The position numbers and the translations under genes are program-made. Below, one piece after another: positions 27,706-37,738 of a stretch of DNA of 64,000 bases (the stretch's first letter is position 1; each line of letters starts with the position of its first letter). Below the pieces are notes generated by a model. The model was given only the letters and a program-made list of their open reading frames with translations, made no database searches and was not told the origin of the DNA. The stretch is from a virus (taxonomy: Duplodnaviria > Caudoviricetes), in IMG/VR virus record IMGVR_UViG_3300028591_000094, positions 64,001 to 128,000 of that record. One strand, given 5' to 3'.

Positions 27706-27729
27706 TTTTCATATACGAAATTTAATTGT

Positions 27730-28581
27730 TTATTGCAGATGGCTTCTGAAATCGCGTATGCTTTCCGACATGTCGCCACACCCGTTACGGTCAACTTTCT
27801 TATTGTCGTCGCTGTAGCTGTAGTCGGCGAGCTTGCGCATTTTCTCCAACTCTTCGTTGATGGCTGTTTTGTTGAATTTGTTAACAACTTCCATGTGGAT
27901 GTACCCGAACGGGTCTGTTGTGCATTCAACCAGGTAGTCCGTACCTGTCTTGTCTCGCATATAAAATTTGTTTTCGTCAATCTTGTAATCCTCTGGAACC
28001 TTTGCAAGCACCTGCGACTCGTTAAGGAATGTAGTGTTTTTGAACACAAGTCTCTTAGTGGGTTTGCTTTCGTTCACTTTCTTGAAAGCTGTGTTCGGCT
28101 CATAGTCCTTGCCCTTACGCTCCATTTCCCTGGCTTTCAGACCTGTCGAGGCTTCCATTTCTCTGTTGTCAGCCATCACTTTGTTGGTCTTTGCCCTCTG
28201 GTCGAAGAATTTCTTGTTTCCCTCGGTGTCGTGGTATTCTGCAAGGTCGTTGTGCTCCATGTTGTATTTTGACGGATACCCGCAGGCTTGTGCATACCAC
28301 CTCTCCTTAGTCTCCTTTGGAACCTCTGTTTCGAAATACGCGTCCATCGGCGTCTTGTTGTAGTCGATATAATGCGTGTCTTTCGGTTTGCGTGGCTGTT
28401 CATTGCGACCTTCCTTGTCATACTCTTCAGCGTTCTTACGAATGTCTTCAACAGCCTTTTCGTTCTCGTTACTACCACGTTTCGCACCGTTGCCGAATTT
28501 AGGTTTAAATTCGTTCTTGGGTGTGCTTGCCTCGCTTAATTGTAGCAACTCTCCTACTGTATAGTGCTCTTCGAGTTTCAT
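27730..28581 (-). CDS. Probable head-internal/core protein
   Basis: LSEA, VNES, LNES, INEE, MSES sites; highly charged. Confidence 0.6.
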   Translation of the reverse strand: MKLEEHYTVGELLQLSEASTPKNEFKPKFGNGAKRGSNENEKAVEDIRKNAEEYDKEGRNEQPRKPKDTHYIDYNKTPMDAYFETEVPKETKERWYAQACGYPSKYNMEHNDLAEYHDTEGNKKFFDQRAKTNKVMADNREMEASTGLKAREMERKGKDYEPNTAFKKVNESKPTKRLVFKNTTFLNESQVLAKVPEDYKIDENKFYMRDKTGTDYLVECTTDPFGYIHMEVVNKFNKTAINEELEKMRKLADYSYSDDNKKVDRNGCGDMSESIRDFRSHLQ

Positions 28582-28613
28582 TATTGTGTTGTTATATGTT
28601 GCTTTATTTGCTT

Positions 28614-28808
28614 TTAAAACAATCTGGCGCCTGTATTCAGTTTCAATCCAGCAATCATCCTGGCATACATCAGTTCGAACTCTCGGTCTGGATTCCTGTC
28701 CTCTGGCGACTTGCTCTGTTCCTCTAAAAGTTTGGTTTCCAAGTCATCCATTTTCTCCACAACTTTTGCTCTCTCAAAATCACCGCTATAACCGTATAAA
28801 TCCGCCAT
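28614..28808 (-). CDS. Hypothetical protein (late class)
   Basis: TATTTAT at 28822-28828. Confidence 0.65.
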   Translation of the reverse strand: MADLYGYSGDFERAKVVEKMDDLETKLLEEQSKSPEDRNPDREFELMYARMIAGLKLNTGARLF

Positions 28809-28838
28809 TTTGCTTTTTATTATAAATAGTCTCGATTA

Positions 28839-30557
28839 TTATTTTTTACTAGTTTTGTGTCCTGGAAACTTGACAGTTCCGAAATATTTACCACATTTGC
28901 TACATTTGTATATCGGTTCTCCGCAGATGTAGGTTCCAACCTTGGCGCCGCATTCCGTACAGTTTTCAGGTACTACTTCACCTTCGTCATTCCTCACAAC
29001 TTTTCTCTTTTTCTTGCCTTCACTCACATTGCTGTGACCCACTCTATCGTGCATACCACAGGTATCACCAGGAGTTCTGTCGGCTGTCTCGGCATCAATG
29101 AAGGCTGGGGCGTCGAACTCACCAGGTAAACCACCTGTCCCAGAAGCGGTTGCTTCGTTCACCGACTTACCTTTCGGTCGGAAACTTTTCACAAAATTGC
29201 GACAAGACCAAGCCCATTCATAATCGTCCACTTTGGACAATGGAATCCATCTGAATTTGCTGTTTTCGCCGTCGCCCTCGGATGGTTTATAATCACTGGT
29301 TTTACCTGGAAGATAAATCTTGAAGTTGATACCCCAATCCTCTTTGCTGGCTAACACCAAATCTTTCTTGTTTAATTTAATTCCCGATTCCTCCTCACAC
29401 TCTCTGACAGCACCATCCTCTGGCGATTCATATTTATGCCTATGACCCATCGGGGGGTTCATCTTACCACCCTCATCGTCCCAGTCCTTGTTTCTTTTCG
29501 CTGCCAAAACACACCATTCGCCATCATTATTCTTGGCATACAGATACACCGCCGATGATTTTCTGCCATCTTCACCAGTTACAGCTTCATTCAGACCACC
29601 GCCAAACGCCGTCCTAATTGTTTCCTTGACTGTTTTCGTAGAAAGTAGGTAGTCCATCTCAACCGTACTGTACACCCGAGTCATTGTGCCATTATTAAGC
29701 TGCACTTGTTTTGGCATATATCCTAACAAAGCTTTGAACTTCGGGTCGAAAATATCGTGGAGATAAGACAAATCACTTTTTTTAATGTCTGTACCACACT
29801 TCTTGTTTATCTGACCGAGGTATCTGCCGAGAGGGGCATGCGACTGACCATTGAGATAAATGTGACCATAAGCCTCTCTCAACGTATAAGGGTCACCGCC
29901 AACTTTACGTTTTGTACTATGAGAACTCCCCCCTAAAGGCTGGATAAACTCACCACTTCCGAAACCGTTTCCATCAACACCAGAACAACTGGTAGCGCCC
30001 CCTCCATCCTCATCTAGCTGTTTTTCTTTTACCTTTGCATTAAGTGCTTCCGCAGCGTCGTCAAAAAACTTGCCCATGCCATATTTGGGATTAGCTTTGG
30101 TATGAACGCCGCCGCTTATCACACCCATTGTCAGGGGTGACGATTTGATTGCACGTAACTGGTCTTGGTAAGGGTCGTGTTCAAACAACCCCTCGTTTAT
30201 TTTACCCTCCGTCTCAGGAAAAAGCGCATCGTACAATGAATCCAGTTTCTCGTTAAACCCATCCTTCGGCACACTGTATTTGACAATCATTTTTGCTGTA
30301 TGGGGGTTGCCGTCCTGGTCATGGTCGCTTATTGTCATTTTCTTGGTGATAACCTTGCCATCCTCCAGTGACTTGATGAGTTTGTTTTTGTCCAAACCGT
30401 GATGTGTGAATATAATGTCAGGCTCCGTACCAACGGGGTCTTCCAGTAAAGACGCCAGGAACTTTTTGATATTCGCCTTGAATTTGAACTGGGTCATAGC
30501 CAGCATATCCTGTATGGCGTCGGCTTGCGATTCGTTGATTATGATAGTTCTAGCCAT
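28839..30557 (-). CDS. Modular protein with an internal Nudix hydrolase and C-terminal Zn ribbon; probable processed head protein
   Basis: Nudix box GHRHKYESPEDGAVRECEEESGI; CTEC..CSKC; start placed at MARTIIINESQ. Confidence 0.75.
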   Translation of the reverse strand: MARTIIINESQADAIQDMLAMTQFKFKANIKKFLASLLEDPVGTEPDIIFTHHGLDKNKLIKSLEDGKVITKKMTISDHDQDGNPHTAKMIVKYSVPKDGFNEKLDSLYDALFPETEGKINEGLFEHDPYQDQLRAIKSSPLTMGVISGGVHTKANPKYGMGKFFDDAAEALNAKVKEKQLDEDGGGATSCSGVDGNGFGSGEFIQPLGGSSHSTKRKVGGDPYTLREAYGHIYLNGQSHAPLGRYLGQINKKCGTDIKKSDLSYLHDIFDPKFKALLGYMPKQVQLNNGTMTRVYSTVEMDYLLSTKTVKETIRTAFGGGLNEAVTGEDGRKSSAVYLYAKNNDGEWCVLAAKRNKDWDDEGGKMNPPMGHRHKYESPEDGAVRECEEESGIKLNKKDLVLASKEDWGINFKIYLPGKTSDYKPSEGDGENSKFRWIPLSKVDDYEWAWSCRNFVKSFRPKGKSVNEATASGTGGLPGEFDAPAFIDAETADRTPGDTCGMHDRVGHSNVSEGKKKRKVVRNDEGEVVPENCTECGAKVGTYICGEPIYKCSKCGKYFGTVKFPGHKTSKK

Positions 30558-30562
30558 GTTTG

Positions 30563-30817
30563 TTACTTCTTTTTTAACATTGTCGTCCAGAATGACTTCT
30601 TCGCCCACATGTTTTCAATAAACTCCTTGAAAGCGTCAACCACTATATTATGAACCCTTTTCTGAAACTCCCTGCTTTTCGTGTAAGCCTCAATTTCATC
30701 TTCAACCTGTCCCCTGGTCATATCCTCGTTGATATAACTGCTACGCAAACACTCTTTGAAAGCCTCCATTACAAGGTTCTCAATCTCTTTATCTGTTAGT
30801 TTAACGAATTTCTTCAT
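30563..30817 (-). CDS. Small protein with MKKFVKLTDKE leader
   Basis: Start reassigned to follow TATTTAT (30839-30845). Confidence 0.7.
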   Translation of the reverse strand: MKKFVKLTDKEIENLVMEAFKECLRSSYINEDMTRGQVEDEIEAYTKSREFQKRVHNIVVDAFKEFIENMWAKKSFWTTMLKKK

Positions 30818-30857
30818 GCTTAGATATAATATATATTTATAAATAGTTAAACACAAG

Positions 30858-30887
30858 AAAAAAGGAGGCTGAAATTCAGTCTCCTTT
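30858..30887 (-). terminator. Intrinsic terminator
   Basis: AAAGGAGGCTGAA / TTCAGTCTCCTTT. Confidence 0.75.
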
Positions 30888-30914
30888 AAAAAGTTGGTTT
30901 GCCTGATTGACTGT

Positions 30915-31568
30915 CTAGTCCAGGTCGTCACCTGCTATCACACGGCGGGTTGTTTCAACAATGTCGTCGCCGCGTCTGAGTTTGCGTTCCATCATCGGCT
31001 GCTGACCCCCCATGTCTCCACCAGCTGGAGGTGCTGCCTGTGAAGCATCCGCCTGTTGCTGAGTATCGACGTTCTTGGCTGCCTGATTTACATCACCCTG
31101 ATTGTTTTTTACCATGTCGTTAGGGTCTTGATAATTCGACGGCTTGCAGTCTTCCGATTTGGAGATTTCGTCGCGCCAGTTCTTGCATACACCGTTTACT
31201 TTCTGTAATATTTGTATGGTTTTGTCAGATATTGGAAGATATGGGTTTGACCACACATAACATCCAGCACCGTCGCCAACCTTGTATCTGAACTGAAACT
31301 TGGCGTCGTTCATCTCGGGGATGATGCCACTCAATGTTATATCTCCGTCGGTTGGGTAATAGAGCATTGGGTTTTTGATGTTGTTGAAATCAGCTCCGAA
31401 CTCCTGTTTGGCTGATGCCAGTACGTTGGTCATAAGAGTATCCTGCTGAGTGTATGGTATAGCATCTGGCTGTTCGGTGTTCTTACTATCCAGCTTGGTT
31501 TCTGGTTGGATTTGTTCCGACTCCCTTAACAATTTGAAAGATTCGTAAATATCACTGTTACGGTTCAT
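30915..31568 (-). CDS. Probable head-internal protein
   Basis: IYES/LRES/MMER/IVET sites; Q/G/P-rich linker. Confidence 0.6.
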   Translation of the reverse strand: MNRNSDIYESFKLLRESEQIQPETKLDSKNTEQPDAIPYTQQDTLMTNVLASAKQEFGADFNNIKNPMLYYPTDGDITLSGIIPEMNDAKFQFRYKVGDGAGCYVWSNPYLPISDKTIQILQKVNGVCKNWRDEISKSEDCKPSNYQDPNDMVKNNQGDVNQAAKNVDTQQQADASQAAPPAGGDMGGQQPMMERKLRRGDDIVETTRRVIAGDDLD

Positions 31569-31592
31569 GATTTATTTATGTATTTGTGTTGA

Positions 31593-32153
31593 TTAATCAA
31601 AGCTTCTGCCCATGTGGGTGGTTACATATTGTATCGGCATTAGTTGCCGTGGCTGCGGTGTCTCGACAGGTGGTTCTGACTCTGGTGTTGATTCTACTTC
31701 TGGTTCAGGTTCTTTCAGTTCTGGCTCCTCCACTTCAGGCGTCAAGTCTGTCTCGTTATTCACCTCTGGTTCCTTTGCCTCTGGCTCAAGCATTTCGGGC
31801 GTTAAATCGTTGTTTTCTTCCTTATTTTTTTTATCTGTTGATTCTTCGCTATTTAGTTCAACATTATCACATTTTTCAACCTCATTTAACTCGTTGTTTT
31901 CACATTTTTCAACATGAGCGTTCTCGACTTCGTTTTTTACAGAAGCGGCTTCTTTCCCTTTACTTGTCTGTTTTTTTGTTCTGGGTTTCCATGCAGTTAT
32001 TTCAGTTAGTGTTGTTCCGACGTTTTCGTTAATGAATTCATCCGCCACGCTCGACGTTGTCTCGGTTTTCTTTGTTGTTTTCTTGGCTGGTGTTTTTGGT
32101 GTAACCTTCTTGCTTGCAGGTTTCGCTTCCTTTTTTGATTTTGTTGTTGCCAT
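31593..32153 (-). CDS. Low-complexity protein: histone H1-like basic N-terminus and acidic E/P repeats
   Basis: KPASKKVTPKTPAKKTTKK; DLTPE..EPE x2, VEKC.N.ELN x2; TATTTAT at 32162-32168. Confidence 0.65.
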   Translation of the reverse strand: MATTKSKKEAKPASKKVTPKTPAKKTTKKTETTSSVADEFINENVGTTLTEITAWKPRTKKQTSKGKEAASVKNEVENAHVEKCENNELNEVEKCDNVELNSEESTDKKNKEENNDLTPEMLEPEAKEPEVNNETDLTPEVEEPELKEPEPEVESTPESEPPVETPQPRQLMPIQYVTTHMGRSFD

Positions 32154-32187
32154 GTTCTTTAATAAATATTAAATAATTATTTTTTTC

Positions 32188-32892
32188 TTAGTATAAGTCC
32201 TTGAATTCAGCATACGATTTATTTGTCATAGCCTTGAACTGAAGTTTCTCAATTCCAGTGTCTTTGATTTGACGTACACGCTCGGGGGTTAGGTTGATTT
32301 CCTTACTGATTTCCTCCAATGTTTGTTCGGGGGCGCCGTTCAATCCGAAATATGCCTGCAGAACTCTGTATTCACGTTTGTTCAAACAGGACAGAAGTTC
32401 GTTGATTGCGTTGTTTCTCCCCTGTGCCTTGCTGACCTCTTCCTCGAAGTCGTAGTTGATGGTGTCAACATTGTTCGTCTCATCATCAAAGATGTAATCT
32501 TCCATGTTGGTGAATTCCTTGTCATACCCACTGCTGTCAATATACGATTTGATTGCCTGGGTAATCCACCAACGAGCATAAGTGATAAACTTGGTTCCCT
32601 TGCTCGGGTCGAATTTTTTCGCGGCGGTCATCAAACCGATATTCCCTTCTGACACCAAGTCATATACAGGAAGACCGCACCAAGCGAATTGCTTGGCAAC
32701 GGTCACTACGTATTTGAGGTTGGCAGTCACGAGTTCATTCAGGGCATCTTCATCACCCTCCTTTATTTTCATGGCAAGTTCGCGTTCCTTTTCACGCGAC
32801 AACCCTTTACTGTGTTTTATCACATCACAATAATTCGCTAAATCAGTCAAATTGCTTTCATCATACATCATTTTTATGAAACATATATTCAC
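32188..32892 (-). CDS. Second phage sigma-70 family factor (short, region 3 largely absent)
   Basis: ANLKYVVTVAKQF, DLVSEGNIGL..A..KFDP.KG.KFITYARWWI, TLEEI....LTPERVRQI. Confidence 0.92.
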   Translation of the reverse strand: MNICFIKMMYDESNLTDLANYCDVIKHSKGLSREKERELAMKIKEGDEDALNELVTANLKYVVTVAKQFAWCGLPVYDLVSEGNIGLMTAAKKFDPSKGTKFITYARWWITQAIKSYIDSSGYDKEFTNMEDYIFDDETNNVDTINYDFEEEVSKAQGRNNAINELLSCLNKREYRVLQAYFGLNGAPEQTLEEISKEINLTPERVRQIKDTGIEKLQFKAMTNKSYAEFKDLY

Positions 32893-32925
32893 TTATTCTA
32901 AATATATAGTTGATTTTCAAAAATA

Positions 32926-35346
32926 TCACTTGATTTTTGAAACATTGTTGACTTTTGTAACAGTGATTCTACCCCCATCATGCCAGTCAGCAATATCCTC
33001 GTTGTGAGTTATGTTCAAGATGAAGTCATAGTTAGCCACAATGCGCTTGAATATCTCATGCACGTTCTCGAGATTGCTGGCGGCTGTCTGACCAAGAACC
33101 TCGTCGGTGCAGAGGAAGTTGGGTTTAGACATGGTGCTGATACTCGCCAGAGCTGAACGCAACGCCAGGGATGCCATAGTTTCTTCAAAACCTGAGCCAG
33201 CAATAGCCAAGTCCATCTTGACACCGTCTCGGCTCATATTAATGTTGACGTTGTTCTTGTCATCAATCTCCAACTTTACCTCGAAGTCACAGAGACCGTT
33301 CAATATGCGGGCAATCTCGTTGTTGAGTATTGGAAGGGCTTTCTTCAAGACCAACTTGACAATACCATTCTTGCCCACAAGTTCCTGATAGACCGCCCAA
33401 TTGCGCTTTGTCTTTTCCTCCTCAACCAGTTTGTCTATTTTTTGCTGGCACTCCTTGATTTGCGCGTTGTAACGCTCAATATCTTTCTTATATCCAGCAA
33501 TCTCACCAATCTTGGCGTTTACTATGCTGCGTTCGTTGGCTATGGTTTGGTTGATATTGGTAATGTCACGGTTGACCTGGTTATTGTGTGCTATGTTTTC
33601 CTTGTTCTGTTCAATACTAGCGAGAGTCTCCTTGTTTTTGGTGATTTCAAGGCTCAGTTTGTCAATATTAATCTGCAAAGCATCGCGCTTGTTTTCTATC
33701 TGAGCTTTTCGCGTAACAGTTCTCTGGTTTTCAGCCAGTTCCTTTAATTTAGATTCGCATTCATCCAGAGCTTTCTTGTTAGCGGTATCCCTCTCGACCA
33801 CCTTGCAATCCTCAATCTCTTTTTTGATAGCGTCCATGCTCTTCTGAAGTTCCTGAATATGATGGTCATGAAACTCACCGTCAAGCTTTTGACCGCAAGT
33901 GGGGCATATGCCTTGTTCAAACAGTTTCATAGCCTTGGTTTTCTGCTCTTTCACGGCATTGAAACGTCCTCTAAAATCCGCCTGTTCACTTACTATACAT
34001 TCCTTTTCTTTCTGTAGTCTCTTCTTTTCCGCTTCGACAGTGTTTTTATCGTTCTCATCGTAAGTGACATTCTTTATTTTGTTATATTCAAAGTTGAGCT
34101 GAGCAATTTCACCTTGTTTTACCTGTATTGTTCTTTCGGACTGTTCAATATTGTTCTTAACTGTTGTAACATCAATGGTGTCGAGATTGTCTGCTATCGG
34201 TTTGAGGTCTTTCCGTCTAGCCTCCATTTTTTGTGTCAATTCCTCAATGTTTTTGCTAGCTGTTGCCTGTAACTCCTCTGCCTGGGTTATTTTTGTGTTG
34301 GTATCCTCGATAACTATATTATAGTCGTTGATATTATCTTTCAACTCAGCCTGGTTGTATGTGTTCGACAGCAACTTTGATTGGTAGTTGTTTTTCCACA
34401 GTTTTTTGGCTATCTCTTCCTTTTCCTCGAGAGTTTGCAAACCCAGCCAGCGTGAATACAAACGACCACGGTCTGTCACGCCCATTCTGAGCAGACTGCC
34501 GAGACTATACTGTGTCGCCGAGATAACCAAGTTAAAGTCGTTAACATCGCCGACGGCTTCTTTGATAATATTGTTTGTCTGGGTTGTACTTTCGCCCTCA
34601 CAGTTTTCAATGAGTTCGAGATTGTCGCCAGTCTTCCTGTAATATTCCAGGGTCTGCTTGCATTTGCTCTTCTCGGTACGTTTCTTAAGAGCAGGTCTGG
34701 ATATCGTGCGGCGGATGACATAGTCGATTCCATCAATCTCAATCCCAGCCTCAACAACAACCTCCGTTGCCTCTGGCAGATACTTGTTGAATACACTGTC
34801 AAGCGTTGGGGATTTTTCAGCTTTACCAAACAAGGCAAATCTTAAGAGGTCGATGGCAAATGTGGTTTTACCACCCTGGTTAGCTGGTTCACTGTTCAAA
34901 AGCACAAGACCGTGCAGTTTGGAAAAATCGAAATAGTTATCTGGACCGTAGCTCAGATAGTTCGACCACTTGACATACTTGAACTTATAGTTCTTGTACT
35001 TAGAGTATTGGTCAAAGTTAATATATGAATTAACCTGATTATCGATTACATCCAAATCCTTCCAATCAACATCAGTGATTTTCTGAAGACTTAAATAATC
35101 CTGCATCAGGCTTTTCTGGAACCCAGCATCCTGGATATTATTAATGATGTCTGCAGCCAGTGATATCTTGTTTCCATCCTCGTCAACTGTAACTGGCTTG
35201 AATTCCACGTCCACATGGGTTATCGGCAGTCCGTACTTGGCTGCGATTTCATGTTTTAGTGTCTTGAGTTTCTCTTTGTCGTTGTAAACCTGAGGCATTG
35301 AAACCTCGACGACTATCCTGTCTGTCTTTAAGATGTTGTTTACCAT
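32926..35346 (-). CDS. SbcC/Rad50 (gp46-like) ATPase with N-terminal extension
   Basis: NYLSY, Walker A NQGGKTT, Zn hook CPTCG, SGFE, DEV, ITH. Confidence 0.9.
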   Translation of the reverse strand: MVNNILKTDRIVVEVSMPQVYNDKEKLKTLKHEIAAKYGLPITHVDVEFKPVTVDEDGNKISLAADIINNIQDAGFQKSLMQDYLSLQKITDVDWKDLDVIDNQVNSYINFDQYSKYKNYKFKYVKWSNYLSYGPDNYFDFSKLHGLVLLNSEPANQGGKTTFAIDLLRFALFGKAEKSPTLDSVFNKYLPEATEVVVEAGIEIDGIDYVIRRTISRPALKKRTEKSKCKQTLEYYRKTGDNLELIENCEGESTTQTNNIIKEAVGDVNDFNLVISATQYSLGSLLRMGVTDRGRLYSRWLGLQTLEEKEEIAKKLWKNNYQSKLLSNTYNQAELKDNINDYNIVIEDTNTKITQAEELQATASKNIEELTQKMEARRKDLKPIADNLDTIDVTTVKNNIEQSERTIQVKQGEIAQLNFEYNKIKNVTYDENDKNTVEAEKKRLQKEKECIVSEQADFRGRFNAVKEQKTKAMKLFEQGICPTCGQKLDGEFHDHHIQELQKSMDAIKKEIEDCKVVERDTANKKALDECESKLKELAENQRTVTRKAQIENKRDALQINIDKLSLEITKNKETLASIEQNKENIAHNNQVNRDITNINQTIANERSIVNAKIGEIAGYKKDIERYNAQIKECQQKIDKLVEEEKTKRNWAVYQELVGKNGIVKLVLKKALPILNNEIARILNGLCDFEVKLEIDDKNNVNINMSRDGVKMDLAIAGSGFEETMASLALRSALASISTMSKPNFLCTDEVLGQTAASNLENVHEIFKRIVANYDFILNITHNEDIADWHDGGRITVTKVNNVSKIK

Positions 35347-35350
35347 ATAT

Positions 35351-35362
35351 TATTAATATACG
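35351..35362 (-). promoter_or_regulatory. CGTATATTAATA putative early/middle promoter
   Basis: Ends 4 nt before the ATG at 35346. Confidence 0.65.
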
Positions 35363-35363
35363 A

Positions 35364-35432
35364 AAAAATTGCGAACATTTTCCGAAATAGTACAAATTTT
35401 TGCAAATATTTCGGAGTTGTGCGCAAATTTTT
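35364..35432. repeat. Long imperfect inverted repeat
   Basis: AAAAATTGCG..TCCGAAATA / TATTTCGGA..CGCAAATTTTT. Confidence 0.6.
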
Positions 35433-35453
35433 GCTATCAACTAACCATTTCGG

Positions 35454-35789
35454 CTATTTCGAGGCTAAAACCTTAGTTTTACGTTTCGGTTTTTCCTCTG
35501 TCGGCGTCTCTGATGGCTGTTGGTCTGTGTTTTCTTTCAATTCAACAACTGGGGGCTCTGGCTTTGGTGTGCTCTCGGTCTTCTTTTTTGTGGTGGTCTT
35601 GCGCTTCGGCTTCTCTTCCTCGGTTGGCTTTGGAACAAGTTTGTCGTTCAGGTCACCGTATTTATCCAGGTTAAATTTGTCCCGAAACGCCTTTACTATG
35701 TATTTCTGCATGTCGGTCTCGGTCATGTTGTTGGCTTGCGCCCACATCCGAAAATCGTTATAAAGTCTGTCTTCTATCTCTATGGTCAT
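35454..35789 (-). CDS. Hypothetical protein (possible ribbon-helix-helix N-terminus)
   Basis: MTIEIEDRLYNDFRMWA; PTEE.KPKRKT repeated. Confidence 0.6.
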   Translation of the reverse strand: MTIEIEDRLYNDFRMWAQANNMTETDMQKYIVKAFRDKFNLDKYGDLNDKLVPKPTEEEKPKRKTTTKKKTESTPKPEPPVVELKENTDQQPSETPTEEKPKRKTKVLASK

Positions 35790-35791
35790 TG

Positions 35792-36787
35792 TTATAACAT
35801 GTTTAATTCAAAATCAGTTAGTTTTCTTGCGCGACGCATCAATGATACGATACCTTTGGCTCCGTAATCCTTGTAATAGTCCGAAGCGTCATACCCATCA
35901 GGGCATTCTATGACTCTTACCATCCCAGGAAATGTATTATTAAGGAATTTATACATTTTATATGCGTCGGATATTGCATCATCGTCCAGGAAGATGTTGA
36001 TTGTAGAATGCACCCTTGCAACCAGCTGTTTGTACACCTCGCACTGTTCATCCAGGGTTTTGCCCAACAGTGGTATTGAGTTTGGTACCACAATATGGTC
36101 GAACGGTCCTTCCACCAGAGTTATGGGCTCATACCAGTTTATAAGGTATTCATTGAACACTATACTCTTTTTGTCAACCAATGGATTGTATATCTTTGTC
36201 CAGCCCTCACCAGTGTAATCTCTAGCTATCCAGTAGTTCAAATCGCCGTATGCGTTATATGACGGAATGACAATTCTATTCGAATATTTTCCATGATAGC
36301 TTCCAATGTAACCTATATTGAACTTGGATATAATATCATCCGTTACACCTCTTTTATACAAATATTCCAATGCTCTCAGACACTTCACATCATCATCCGC
36401 GATTAACCTGAAACCTTTCGGCAGTTCCAATGTTTCGTCGCTAAGCAGATTGTCGATAGCCTCCTTTGTTGACCCCGACAAGGTAAACATTTGTGTCTCT
36501 TTGATAGCATTCAGTTCCTCCTTGTATTCAGCCACATCAAGCGGAGTTCCGTATGTCTTGATAACCCTGGCGAGTTTGCCGTGGTATCCACACCGCCAAC
36601 AGTGACCCCACAAACCATCCTCGCTAATCTGAACCGCAAAGTTGTATTTGTTGTCCACCTGACCCTTTTCATCAGCACAGCACGGGCAGTTGTATTCATA
36701 CCATCCCCCACTGCCACTATAGTCACGCTTGGGCGTACCGAGGACGTTGTCAAGAATATGTTTTATATTGTCGAAACTATCGTTCAC
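35792..36787 (-). CDS. DNA primase (DnaG-type)
   Basis: Zn site CPCC..HCWRC; YL.KRG; RIVIP; TOPRIM VEGPFD, LDDD. Confidence 0.9.
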   Translation of the reverse strand: MNDSFDNIKHILDNVLGTPKRDYSGSGGWYEYNCPCCADEKGQVDNKYNFAVQISEDGLWGHCWRCGYHGKLARVIKTYGTPLDVAEYKEELNAIKETQMFTLSGSTKEAIDNLLSDETLELPKGFRLIADDDVKCLRALEYLYKRGVTDDIISKFNIGYIGSYHGKYSNRIVIPSYNAYGDLNYWIARDYTGEGWTKIYNPLVDKKSIVFNEYLINWYEPITLVEGPFDHIVVPNSIPLLGKTLDEQCEVYKQLVARVHSTINIFLDDDAISDAYKMYKFLNNTFPGMVRVIECPDGYDASDYYKDYGAKGIVSLMRRARKLTDFELNML

Positions 36788-36789
36788 AG

Positions 36790-36801
36790 TATTAATATAC
36801 G
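36790..36801 (-). promoter_or_regulatory. CGTATATTAATA putative early/middle promoter
   Basis: Ends 2 nt before the GTG at 36787. Confidence 0.65.
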
Positions 36802-36816
36802 GAAAAAATTAAAAAG

Positions 36817-36852
36817 AAAAAGCGGGCTAACTAAAAAAACTGCCCGCTTTTT
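36817..36852. terminator. Intrinsic terminator
   Basis: AAAAAGCGGGC / GCCCGCTTTTT. Confidence 0.75.
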
Positions 36853-36885
36853 CACAAAACTGCACAATAACTCAGCAAAACAGTT

Positions 36886-37668
36886 CTAAACTGTAATGGT
36901 CTTGGTGAAAGTCTGTCCGCAGAACTTGTATGAATATGTCACCGTCGAGCCCTCCGAACTGACGTTTGTCACCTCGGGTTCGGTGCCGTCGTACTTGAGT
37001 TTGCCAATATAGCCGAGTACGCATATCAAGCTGTCCGACGCATCGAAATTCTCCGTGCTGAGCTCATTTTTCGAGTTGTAAACCCATTGGATGCCAGGGA
37101 ACAATTCCGAAATATAATTCCACAGAATCATTTTCTTGGCACAGTCGAACGGATAGGCACCGAAAAGAACGAGTTCGTTGTTGTTGACCGCTTTCATGAT
37201 TTTCTTCATTGGATACACATCACCCTTCTTGTTGTATTTTCTGACAGCCATCAAGCTTGGAACACCGTACATTCTAGCGTCATATGACGATATAAACTCG
37301 GGAACGATACCCAAGAGGTTGTATAGTCGATAGGCAACCATGCCGTTGTATTTCAACAGGACGGCAACTGTGTTCTGGTTGTTTGAGCCGAGAAGCGGTT
37401 CCTCAATCACAATATTGGTGATTTTCGTTGTAACCGCATCGTCAACCACCTCCAGTAGATGGTTGTCTTTCAATATCTGTTCAAGTTTCTCCATGAATAA
37501 GTTACTCTTCAAGAAGAGAGCCTCGATACCTTTTATTTTGGCTGATATTTTGGGGCGCAAGTGTGTAACAAGCAACGGCTTAACTACATCGTTCTCATCC
37601 ACATATGCAATACTCACACCTGTGCAGGTGGTTGATATGTCTAATCCAAGAATTATTCTGTTATCCAT
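36886..37668 (-). CDS. RuvC-like Holliday junction resolvase
   Basis: ILGLDISTTCTG, IVIEEP, DASDS. Confidence 0.8.
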   Translation of the reverse strand: MDNRIILGLDISTTCTGVSIAYVDENDVVKPLLVTHLRPKISAKIKGIEALFLKSNLFMEKLEQILKDNHLLEVVDDAVTTKITNIVIEEPLLGSNNQNTVAVLLKYNGMVAYRLYNLLGIVPEFISSYDARMYGVPSLMAVRKYNKKGDVYPMKKIMKAVNNNELVLFGAYPFDCAKKMILWNYISELFPGIQWVYNSKNELSTENFDASDSLICVLGYIGKLKYDGTEPEVTNVSSEGSTVTYSYKFCGQTFTKTITV

Positions 37669-37722
37669 GTTTTTTTTTATAATAATTTAATCAAAATCGA
37701 TAACATTTTCAAAAAAAAAATG

Positions 37723-37734
37723 CGTATATTAATA
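37723..37734 (+). promoter_or_regulatory. CGTATATTAATA putative early/middle promoter
   Basis: The motif flips strand with the gene; ends 4 nt before ATG 37739. Confidence 0.7.
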
Positions 37735-37738
37735 ATGT

